34,236 bases of DNA from an uncultured Sediminibacterium sp. (GTDB lineage Bacteria > Bacteroidota > Bacteroidia > Chitinophagales > Chitinophagaceae): assembly GCA_964644475.1 (NCBI GenBank), contig CAZXWT010000004.1:1-34236 (forward strand), written 5' to 3'. Within the stretch, counting starts at the first letter, position 1. Each line of letters begins with the position of its first letter. A program made the position numbers and the translations under genes. Under the pieces are notes generated by a model. That model searched no databases and had not been told where the DNA came from. It worked only from the letters and a program-made list of their open reading frames with translations. This document shows, piece after piece, positions 26,343 through 34,236 of this stretch.

Positions 26343-29300
26343 ATGGACTTTAAAAAAGTAAACAATTGGACAGGCTGGTTAGTGACTTTAATCGCTTGTA
26401 CTGTGTACATTATGACAATGGAAGCTACTGGTAGTTTCTGGGATTGCGGTGAATTTATCAGCAGTGCATATAAATTACAAATTCCACACCCTCCTGGTGC
26501 CCCTATGTTTGTCTTGATGGGTAGAATTTTTATCATTCTTTTCGGAGACAATCCATTGACTGCTGCAAGAGCTGTCAATGCAATGAGCGCTTTAGCAAGT
26601 GGATTCACTATATTATTCTTGTTCTGGACCATTACACATTTTGCAAAAAGAATGGTGGAGAAAGCAAGTGGTGCTGAGTTGACTCAAAACCAAATCATAT
26701 TGGTAATGGGTGCTGGTGTCGTAGGTGCTTTGGCGTATACATTTAGTGATTCATTTTGGTTTTCTGCTGTTGAAGGAGAGGTATATGCATTAAGTTCTTT
26801 CTTTACAGCATTAGTTTTTTGGGCTATTTTAAAATGGGAACATAAAGCGGATCAACCAGGTTCAGAAAAGTGGATCATTTTTATATTTTATATGATGGGT
26901 GTTTCTATAGGAGTACACTTATTAAATATCTTAACCATTCCAGCAATTGTAATGGTGTATTATTTTAGAAATTACAAACCAAGTTGGAAAGGTGGATTAG
27001 TAGCATTTTTCATTGGAGTAGTGATTACAGGATTTATCCAAGTATTCTTAATTCAATATACTATCAAGTGGGCTGGTGCTTTTGACGTAGCTTTTGTAAA
27101 CAGCTTTGGTTTGCCTTTCTTTAGTGGGTTTATCACTTTCTTTGTTTTATTAGCAGTGTTGATTGCATTAGGTATTCGATATGCGAATAAGAAAGGGTAT
27201 TACTTTATGAAATTGGGTATTTGGTCAATGGTATTCTTCTTCTTAGGCTATACTAGCTATATTACAACAATGATCCGTTCTAATGCAGATACTTCTGTAG
27301 ATATGTATAATGTAGACAATCCAGTGACTTTAATGGGTTATTTGGGAAGAGAGCAATACGGAGATTGGCCAATACTTTATGGTCCAGATTATGTAGATAA
27401 AGTAGACAATATCGAAGGCAGCGATCAATATGTAAAAGCAAAAGACACTTATGAAATAGCTGGAAAAAACTATAAACGTGATTGGGCATCTGCACCTTCT
27501 GCACATTTGTTTCCAAGAATGTGGGATTCTGAAAACGATCGCGGTCAAATGGATAGTTATAAAGCATTTGCTGGGGTAGTGGATGGTGAAGCTCCTACAT
27601 TAAGAGACAATATTAAGTACTTTACCAATTACCAATTTGGATTTATGTACTTACGTTATTTCTTATGGAATTTCTTTGGTAAACAAAACGATTTACAAGG
27701 TTTTGGTAATGTAAGAGATGGTAATTTTAGAACTGGAATATCTTTTGTAGACAATGCCATTTTTGGAGACCAATCTAAATTACCAGATTCAATAAGCCAT
27801 AATAATAAAGCGCAGAATAACTTATACATGTTGCCGTTTATATTGGGTGTAATGGGCTTTATTTTTCAATATCAACATGCTAAGAAAGATTTTGTGGTAA
27901 CAGGGTTGCTATTCTTCTTTACTGGTATTGCGATTGTTTTATATTTAAATCAGGTAAGCTTACAGCCACGTGAACGTGATTATGCTTATGTAGGTTCGTT
28001 CTATGCATTTGCTATATGGATTGGCTTAGGTGTTTTACAAGTGGCGGAATGGTTAAGAAAAGCAGTGGCACCAAAGATGGCTGCTATTGCGGCAACCTTA
28101 ATTTGTTTATTGGCTGTACCTGCTTTGATGGCGCAACAAGAATGGGATGACCATGATAGAAGTCAAAAAACCTTACCAAGAGATTTGGCTAGAAACTATT
28201 TAGAGAGTTGCCCTCCAAATGCCATCTTATTCTCGTTCGGCGATAATGATACATATCCATTATGGTATGCACAAGAGGTAGAAGGTATCAGACCAGATGT
28301 GAGAGTTGTAGTAAATAGTTTATTAGGTTCTGATTGGTATATGAAAGAATTAAGATACAAAGTAAATCAGAGTGATAAGTTTGACATGATCTTCACAGAA
28401 GAGCAGGTTGCTGGTAATAAATTAAATGCGGCTTATTATTATCCAGTACCAGGATATACAGAAAATCAATATTATAATTTGGATTCAGTATTGAGATATG
28501 TAGTTGCTGACCCTGCTGGTAAATACCAAATGGCTACACAAGATGGAAGTTCGGTAAATATTTTCCCGACTCATAAGTTTTATGTGCCTGTTAACAAAGC
28601 AAATGCTTTGGCATCTGGTATTGCAAAGCCAACCGATTCAATTGTGAATGAATTGAAAATCGATTTTAATCCGAATAGACAGTATTTAGTGAAAAACGAA
28701 ATGGCCATTTTTGCAATTATTGCAACAAGTCAATTCAAACGTCCTATCTGCTTTACTTCACAACAAGATTTAAAAGATCTTGGGTTAGATAAGTATGCTC
28801 GTCAAACAGGTATGGCTTATCAATTAGTGCCGGTACTTAATTCTCCAATTGATACAGATAATGCTTTCAAAAATATCATGAATAAGTTCAGTTTTGGAAA
28901 TGCACAAAATGCTAATGTTTATTTTGATGAAGAAAATAGACGTCATTTGAATTCTATCAGATATTCTATCGCTGAAATAGCTTTAGCGCTTGCAGCAGAA
29001 GGAAAGAAGGATAGCGCAAGACAATTATTGAAGAAGATTGATGCTGTAACCAATGAAAAGAATTTCCCTTATGGTATGACATCTAATAGAGGTAATCAGC
29101 ATAATTATTTTAGCTATGTATTCATGCAGGCTTGTTATGCAGCAGACGATAAAGTATTGGCTAAAAAAGTAAGTACTTCTGTAATGAAAGATTTAAAACA
29201 ACAATTGACTTATTATAGATCACTTGGAGAAGCAATGAGTGAAGATCAGTTTATGCAAAATGCGGATGCCGCTTATCAAGGAAAGCCGAATGCGTTAAGT

Positions 29301-29393
29301 AATAAGCAAATGTCTTTTGTACAAGATATTCTAACTTGTTATCAGTTAGAAGCAGCTATTGCTAAATTAGAAACAGATATTACAACAAAGTAG
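26343..29393 (+). CDS. DUF2723 (TMEM260-like) polytopic membrane protein, putative GT-C glycosyltransferase
   Basis: SFWDCGEFI, HPPGAP, FWFSAVEGEVYA, GVHLL, PRERDY, GDNDTYPLWY; many TM helices and a large soluble C-terminal domain; start reassigned to ATG 26343. Confidence 0.85.
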   Translation: MDFKKVNNWTGWLVTLIACTVYIMTMEATGSFWDCGEFISSAYKLQIPHPPGAPMFVLMGRIFIILFGDNPLTAARAVNAMSALASGFTILFLFWTITHFAKRMVEKASGAELTQNQIILVMGAGVVGALAYTFSDSFWFSAVEGEVYALSSFFTALVFWAILKWEHKADQPGSEKWIIFIFYMMGVSIGVHLLNILTIPAIVMVYYFRNYKPSWKGGLVAFFIGVVITGFIQVFLIQYTIKWAGAFDVAFVNSFGLPFFSGFITFFVLLAVLIALGIRYANKKGYYFMKLGIWSMVFFFLGYTSYITTMIRSNADTSVDMYNVDNPVTLMGYLGREQYGDWPILYGPDYVDKVDNIEGSDQYVKAKDTYEIAGKNYKRDWASAPSAHLFPRMWDSENDRGQMDSYKAFAGVVDGEAPTLRDNIKYFTNYQFGFMYLRYFLWNFFGKQNDLQGFGNVRDGNFRTGISFVDNAIFGDQSKLPDSISHNNKAQNNLYMLPFILGVMGFIFQYQHAKKDFVVTGLLFFFTGIAIVLYLNQVSLQPRERDYAYVGSFYAFAIWIGLGVLQVAEWLRKAVAPKMAAIAATLICLLAVPALMAQQEWDDHDRSQKTLPRDLARNYLESCPPNAILFSFGDNDTYPLWYAQEVEGIRPDVRVVVNSLLGSDWYMKELRYKVNQSDKFDMIFTEEQVAGNKLNAAYYYPVPGYTENQYYNLDSVLRYVVADPAGKYQMATQDGSSVNIFPTHKFYVPVNKANALASGIAKPTDSIVNELKIDFNPNRQYLVKNEMAIFAIIATSQFKRPICFTSQQDLKDLGLDKYARQTGMAYQLVPVLNSPIDTDNAFKNIMNKFSFGNAQNANVYFDEENRRHLNSIRYSIAEIALALAAEGKKDSARQLLKKIDAVTNEKNFPYGMTSNRGNQHNYFSYVFMQACYAADDKVLAKKVSTSVMKDLKQQLTYYRSLGEAMSEDQFMQNADAAYQGKPNALSNKQMSFVQDILTCYQLEAAIAKLETDITTK

Positions 29394-30507
29394 ATAATAC
29401 TTTCACTACCTGATCAATTTCTTGACGGGTATTGTTCTTAGAGAAGGAGAATCGCACAGTAGCGATATCTCCTTCTTTTTTTAGCGCCTGTATTACATGA
29501 GATCCTTGCTGTGCACCACTAGAGCATGCGCTTCCGCCACTAGCGCAAATATGATGTATATCTAAATTAAAAAGCAACATTTCTGACTTTTCAGTCTTTG
29601 GGAAATTAGTACTTAATAGGGTATATAAACTTCTTCCAAATGGATCTCCATTAAAGCTCACTCCTGGAATTTTTTCCACCAGTTGGTCATGCATATATTG
29701 TTTTAGAGATTGCATATAAGCACTTTCTTTCTCATAAGATTCAGTGGCTAATTCAAGTGCTTTTGCAAATCCAACAATACCATATAAATTTTCTGTACCT
29801 GCACGCATATTTCTTTCCTGCGCACCACCATGAACCAATGGGCTAATCTTTATATTTTCATTGATATACAAAATACCCACTCCTTTTGGTCCATGAAATT
29901 TATGGCCTGCACCAGTAATGAAGTCTACAGGAGTTTCTCTTAAATTAAAAGGGAAATGTCCTACAGTTTGAACCGTATCACTGTGAAAATAAGCATCATA
30001 TTTTTTACATAAATTACCCACTTCATGAATATCAATCATATTGCCAATTTCGTTATTAGCATGCATGATGGAGACAATCGTTTTCTCTGTATTATTCTTT
30101 AATAGGTTTTCAAGGTCTTCCATATCTATATGTCCATTGGGCAATATTTTTACCCAAGACAATTTCACACCATGTGATTTAGCCAAATATTCTACCGTAT
30201 GTAAAGTGGCATGATGTTCAATTGGTGAACTAATAATATGTTTACATTCTAAATCAATTATAGCAGCATTCAATATTGTATTGCTGCTTTCAGTTCCGCC
30301 ACTGGTAAAAAATATTTCAGAAGGTTTTGCACCTAAATTTTTTGCAACAGATTTCCTTGCCTGTTCCACTGCCATTCTGGTTTCTCTGCCATAGCTATAA
30401 ATAGAAGAGGGATTTCCAAATTTTTCTGTTAAATAAGGCATCATAGCCTCTAAAACTTGTGGATCTAATGCTGTGGTTGCAGCATTGTCAAAATAAATTC
30501 TTTCCAT
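29380..30507 (-). CDS. iscS: Cysteine desulfurase (IscS/NifS family)
   Basis: IYFDNAATT, GNPSS, FTSGGTES, ANNEIG, GHKFHGPKG (PLP Lys), RAGTEN, SGGSACSSG (catalytic Cys). Confidence 0.88.
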   Translation of the reverse strand: MERIYFDNAATTALDPQVLEAMMPYLTEKFGNPSSIYSYGRETRMAVEQARKSVAKNLGAKPSEIFFTSGGTESSNTILNAAIIDLECKHIISSPIEHHATLHTVEYLAKSHGVKLSWVKILPNGHIDMEDLENLLKNNTEKTIVSIMHANNEIGNMIDIHEVGNLCKKYDAYFHSDTVQTVGHFPFNLRETPVDFITGAGHKFHGPKGVGILYINENIKISPLVHGGAQERNMRAGTENLYGIVGFAKALELATESYEKESAYMQSLKQYMHDQLVEKIPGVSFNGDPFGRSLYTLLSTNFPKTEKSEMLLFNLDIHHICASGGSACSSGAQQGSHVIQALKKEGDIATVRFSFSKNNTRQEIDQVVKVLSTLL

Positions 30508-30513
30508 CCCTGT

Positions 30514-31896
30514 CTATTGTATTGAATGTATAATTGAAATAATGGAGTCTGCTAAATCATCAGCAGCTTTTTGTGATTTAGCTTCTGTATAGATGCGCAT
30601 TATTGGCTCTGTATTACTAGTTCTTAAGTGTACCCATTCTTCTTCAAAATCAATTTTAAATCCATCTACTTTATTAATAGGGAATTTTGAAAATTTGTTT
30701 TCTAAAGTGCTGAATATAGTATCCAAAGAAAGAGAGGCATTTAAATCCATTTTCTTCTTACTCATAAAATATGCTGGGTAAGAAGCTCTAAGTGTAGATG
30801 CTGTTTTGTTGCTGGTAGCTAAATGACTTAAAAATAATGCTATGCCAATCAATGCGTCTCTTCCGTAATGTAAATCAGGTACAATGATTCCTCCGTTTCC
30901 TTCTCCTCCAATTACTGCTTTTTCTTTCTTCATCATATTCACCACATTTACTTCACCAACAGCACTTGCGAAATAATTGCATCCATGTTGTTTTGTGATA
31001 TCTCTCAATGCTCTTGTAGATGACAGATTACTTACTGTGGATCCTTTTTTATTTTGTAATATATAGTCCGCCACTGCCACTAGGGTGTACTCTTCACCAA
31101 ATAATTCACCATCTTCACTAACAAAGCAAAGTCTGTCCACATCAGGATCTACTGCAATACCTAAATGAGCTTTCTTACTTGTAACGGTTGAGCAAAGCTC
31201 GGTAAGATGCTCTTTTAATGGCTCTGGGTTATGGGCAAAATTGCCAGTCATTGCTTCGTTTAAAACAGTAATATTTTTTACACCTAAGGCATGTAATAAT
31301 GCAGGAACAGTAAAGGCACCAGAGCTATTGATAGCATCTACAACTATTGAAAAGTTAGCTGCTTCAATTGCCTTCTTGTTCACTAAAGGATATTGAAGAA
31401 TTGCTTCAATATGTTTTTCTAAACTATTGTTGTCTGCAATCAATGAGCCGAGGGCATCTATAGTTGCGTAATTAAAATCTTCATTAGCTGCAATGCTTAA
31501 AATTGTTTTCCCTTCCTCAGCACTAACAAATTCTCCTTTCTCATTTAATAATTTCAATGCATTCCATTCTTTTGGATTATGACTTGCAGTCAAAATAATA
31601 CCACCATCTGCTTTTTCAAAGACCACAGCCATTTCCACAGTAGGAGTAGTACTTAATCCTAAATGAATCACATCAATTCCCAAAGCCAGTAAACTTTGTT
31701 CAACCATGGCTTCCACCATATTTCCGCTCATCCTACCATCTCTTCCAACTACTACTTTCTTTTTTCCACCAGATTTGGAAATCAACCAGCTTCCATAAGC
31801 AGAAGCAAATTTCACCATATCCAAAGGGGTAAGGTTTTCATTAGGTTTGCCACCGATGGTGCCTCTGAATCCGGATATACTTTTAATTAATGCCAT
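30514..31896 (-). CDS. glmM: Phosphoglucosamine mutase / phosphomannomutase (Bacteroidota GlmM type)
   Basis: LIKSISGFRGTIGG, TASHNP, DPDVDR, GGEGNGG, RTSNTEP; substrate specificity cannot be proven from sequence. Confidence 0.75.
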   Translation of the reverse strand: MALIKSISGFRGTIGGKPNENLTPLDMVKFASAYGSWLISKSGGKKKVVVGRDGRMSGNMVEAMVEQSLLALGIDVIHLGLSTTPTVEMAVVFEKADGGIILTASHNPKEWNALKLLNEKGEFVSAEEGKTILSIAANEDFNYATIDALGSLIADNNSLEKHIEAILQYPLVNKKAIEAANFSIVVDAINSSGAFTVPALLHALGVKNITVLNEAMTGNFAHNPEPLKEHLTELCSTVTSKKAHLGIAVDPDVDRLCFVSEDGELFGEEYTLVAVADYILQNKKGSTVSNLSSTRALRDITKQHGCNYFASAVGEVNVVNMMKKEKAVIGGEGNGGIIVPDLHYGRDALIGIALFLSHLATSNKTASTLRASYPAYFMSKKKMDLNASLSLDTIFSTLENKFSKFPINKVDGFKIDFEEEWVHLRTSNTEPIMRIYTEAKSQKAADDLADSIISIIHSIQ

Positions 31897-31916
31897 AAAT
31901 AGTTCGAATTGAGTAG

Positions 31917-31924
31917 CAAATTTA
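31917..31924 (-). promoter_or_regulatory. Candidate -7 promoter element for glmM-iscS
   Basis: TAAATTTG on the minus strand, 20 nt before ATG 31896. Confidence 0.55.
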
Positions 31925-31958
31925 CTTCAAATTTTTCCACTTCTTGTATCTTTATGGC

Positions 31959-32537
31959 ATGACAAATAGCATTTGGGCATCCCTTTTGGCAAAAGATCAG
32001 GCATTATTTAGCTTAATCAACGGTGCTTGGACCCATCCATTATTGGATAAACTACTCCCTTGGTGCAGAAATGCCAATAACTGGTACCCTTTTTATGCTG
32101 TTATTTTGGTGTATTTATTCATCAAATGGGGTAAGCTTGCTTGGAAATGGCTATTGTTGGCAGTGCTTAATTTGACGCTTACAGATCAAATTAGCAGTAG
32201 TATTTTTAAGCCATTAGTACAAAGATTAAGACCATGTGCAGATCCATTGATGGCAGGGAAAATCAGATTGTTATTAGATCATTGTTCTGGTGGTTTCAGT
32301 TTCACCTCTTCTCATGCTGCCAATCATTTTGGTTTGGCTATGTTTATATTTATGACACTTCAATCTTTGTTTAAAAAATATACTTGGTTGTTTTTTATAT
32401 GGGCGGCAGTCATTGCATATGCACAGGTATATGTTGGTGTGCATTATCCATTAGATATTTTTGCTGGATCAATAATTGGAATAGTAGTGGGCTGGTTGTG
32501 CGGATCAATATTTAATAAATGGAAACAACATGCATAA
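31959..32537 (+). CDS. PAP2-family membrane phosphatase
   Basis: KPLVQRLRP, SFTSSHA, AQVYVGVHYPLD; start reassigned to ATG 31959. Confidence 0.9.
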   Translation: MTNSIWASLLAKDQALFSLINGAWTHPLLDKLLPWCRNANNWYPFYAVILVYLFIKWGKLAWKWLLLAVLNLTLTDQISSSIFKPLVQRLRPCADPLMAGKIRLLLDHCSGGFSFTSSHAANHFGLAMFIFMTLQSLFKKYTWLFFIWAAVIAYAQVYVGVHYPLDIFAGSIIGIVVGWLCGSIFNKWKQHA

Positions 32538-34191
32538 GAATAGTTTTGTTATCAGTTTGATAGCCATTTTAACGGTATACCTAATTGGGGCATACATGAT
32601 TCCATTGATGGATGTGGATGCTGCTCAATATGCTTCAATTAGTCGAGAGATGTTAGAGAAACATTCTTATCTACAAATCTTTGATTTGAATACAGATTAT
32701 CTAGATAAGCCACCTATGTTGTTTTGGTTGTCCGCATTATCTATGAAAATTTTTGGCATCCATGACTGGGCATATAGAATTCCTTCCTTATTGTTTTTAG
32801 GATTGGCATTATATTCAACATATCAGTTTGCTAAATTATATTATTCAACTACTACTGCAAGAATAGCCACTTTGATATTGGCTTCTAGCCAAGCTTTTTT
32901 CTTAATCGCTCATGATATCAGGACAGATACTATGCTTGTAGGTTGGGTGATGGCAGCTATTGCAGCTATTGCTTATTGGAGTGTAACTAAACAAACTAAA
33001 TTTTTTTTCATAGGGATGCTTGCTATTGCAGGGGGTATGATGACCAAGGGGCCAATAGCCTTGGTGGTGCCAATTCTTTGTTTTGTGCCAGAATGGTTTT
33101 GTAAAAAAGATTGGGCTTATTTTTTCAAACCTATTTATCTATTGGGTATTATTTTGATTGCTATTTTATTATTCCCAATGACCTGGGGTTTATACCAACA
33201 ATTTGATCTACATCCAGGTAAAATAATTAATCATCGTCCAATACAATCTGGTGTTGAATTTTATTATTGGACTCAAAGTTTTGGAAGATATACTGGCGAG
33301 AATGCTTATAAAGAAATGGGCTATTTCACATTCTTATTAGAGAATATGTTTTGGAGCTTTCTGCCTTGGATCTTTGTGTTTTTGTGGGCCTTGGCAGCAA
33401 AGTTTATTACAATCTTTAAAGAAGGAGTATTTCATCCAGCTACAGAAAGAATAAGTTTTTTCGGGTTTGTATTCACTTATTTAGTGCTATCAAGAAGTCA
33501 GGCGCAATTACCTCATTATATTTTTGTGGTATTCCCTTTGGCTGCTATTTTGACTGCTGCGCATTGGGAGAAGATACTTTGGAATAATACATCTACTAGT
33601 AAAAGTGTGAAAGCTTTGTATCGATTCCACATTGGTCTGTTTATGTTATTTGTGTTTATAGTCGGTGTAATTCTTTCTGTGCCTTTTGGTATAGCGCCAA
33701 TCATACTTATACTAATAGGATTGTTGATATTGATATTGTTTATTGTGTTGTTGTTTTCTAGATATACAATAGGGCAGAAGTGGTTTTATAGTGCGATTGT
33801 GCTGTGGATTGGAGTGAACTTAGTTATGAATACACAGTTTTATCCCAATTTATTACCCTATCAATTGGGTAATCAAATGGTGAATCAAATGGAGAAAAAA
33901 GGTTGGAACAAAGATTCAATTGTACTACACAAAATACCCAATAGTTATGCAATGCATTTCTATGGAAAACATGTTTTCAAAATAGTAGAGGATAGTCTTC
34001 AGTTAAAAGAAGGCAATTTAGTAGTGACTGATAAAATCAATGATTCCGTATTACTAAAGCAGTTTCCCAATAGTACAATTCAGTTTGAGTCTAGAAGATT
34101 TCATGTAACCATGTTGAGTCTCCCATTTTTAAATCCTGCTACAAGAGATCTAGAAACTACACCTTTCGAAGTGTTATTGCTTAAAAAATAA
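32530..34191 (+). CDS. ArnT/PMT-like (GT-C) membrane glycosyltransferase
   Basis: DAAQYASISREM, YLDKPPMLFWL, AYRIPS, RTDTML, MTKGP, FLPW, QLPHY; many TM helices; 8-nt overlap with the PAP2 gene. Confidence 0.85.
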   Translation: MHKNSFVISLIAILTVYLIGAYMIPLMDVDAAQYASISREMLEKHSYLQIFDLNTDYLDKPPMLFWLSALSMKIFGIHDWAYRIPSLLFLGLALYSTYQFAKLYYSTTTARIATLILASSQAFFLIAHDIRTDTMLVGWVMAAIAAIAYWSVTKQTKFFFIGMLAIAGGMMTKGPIALVVPILCFVPEWFCKKDWAYFFKPIYLLGIILIAILLFPMTWGLYQQFDLHPGKIINHRPIQSGVEFYYWTQSFGRYTGENAYKEMGYFTFLLENMFWSFLPWIFVFLWALAAKFITIFKEGVFHPATERISFFGFVFTYLVLSRSQAQLPHYIFVVFPLAAILTAAHWEKILWNNTSTSKSVKALYRFHIGLFMLFVFIVGVILSVPFGIAPIILILIGLLILILFIVLLFSRYTIGQKWFYSAIVLWIGVNLVMNTQFYPNLLPYQLGNQMVNQMEKKGWNKDSIVLHKIPNSYAMHFYGKHVFKIVEDSLQLKEGNLVVTDKINDSVLLKQFPNSTIQFESRRFHVTMLSLPFLNPATRDLETTPFEVLLLKK

Positions 34192-34236
34192 ACTGAGTGC
34201 TATTCTTTGGTGCGGCCAATTCGTAGCTTTTTCTAA

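Noticed and set aside
34174-34236. Stop-free minus-strand frame (LEKATNWPHQRIALSLFFKQ*) at the window edge, and an in-frame plus-strand run after the ArnT stop
   Set aside because: Too short to identify. It may be the tail of a truncated convergent gene; nothing supports readthrough of the TAA.
1-34236. CRISPR arrays, IS elements, prophage, defence systems, pseudogenes
   Set aside because: No spaced repeats, transposase, integrase or phage genes, and no broken reading frames seen; nearly all sequence is explained by intact genes.

Overview
AT-rich, very compact chromosomal segment from a Bacteroidota bacterium. The phylum call rests on TAnnTTTG promoter motifs, a UpxY-family protein, a DUF2723 protein and Gln-start signal peptides; a Chitinophagaceae-like origin is my inference only. 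It carries a PQQ-type dehydrogenase/cytochrome c/hisB unit, then a contiguous trpEGDCFBA-hisHAF-hisIE run. That run is headed by an unannotated 18-aa leader peptide (MKTINNFWWWHTNSVGVL) with a complete attenuator. Also present: a TlpA thiol-disulfide oxidoreductase, a reverse-strand Fe-S oxidoreductase/CCG/hypothetical/ArsC operon, pgm, pcm, an outer-membrane beta-barrel receptor with a candidate LytTR box, tRNA-His(GUG), prc, a stand-alone upxY, mtaB, a DUF2723 (TMEM260-like) membrane glycosyltransferase, a cysteine desulfurase, glmM and a PAP2-ArnT-like pair. I saw no mobile element or CRISPR array. The most interesting signal is the leader, which has Trp-Trp-Trp-His codons and appears to control a merged trp-his operon. 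All calls are by eye; no searches or folding programs were run.
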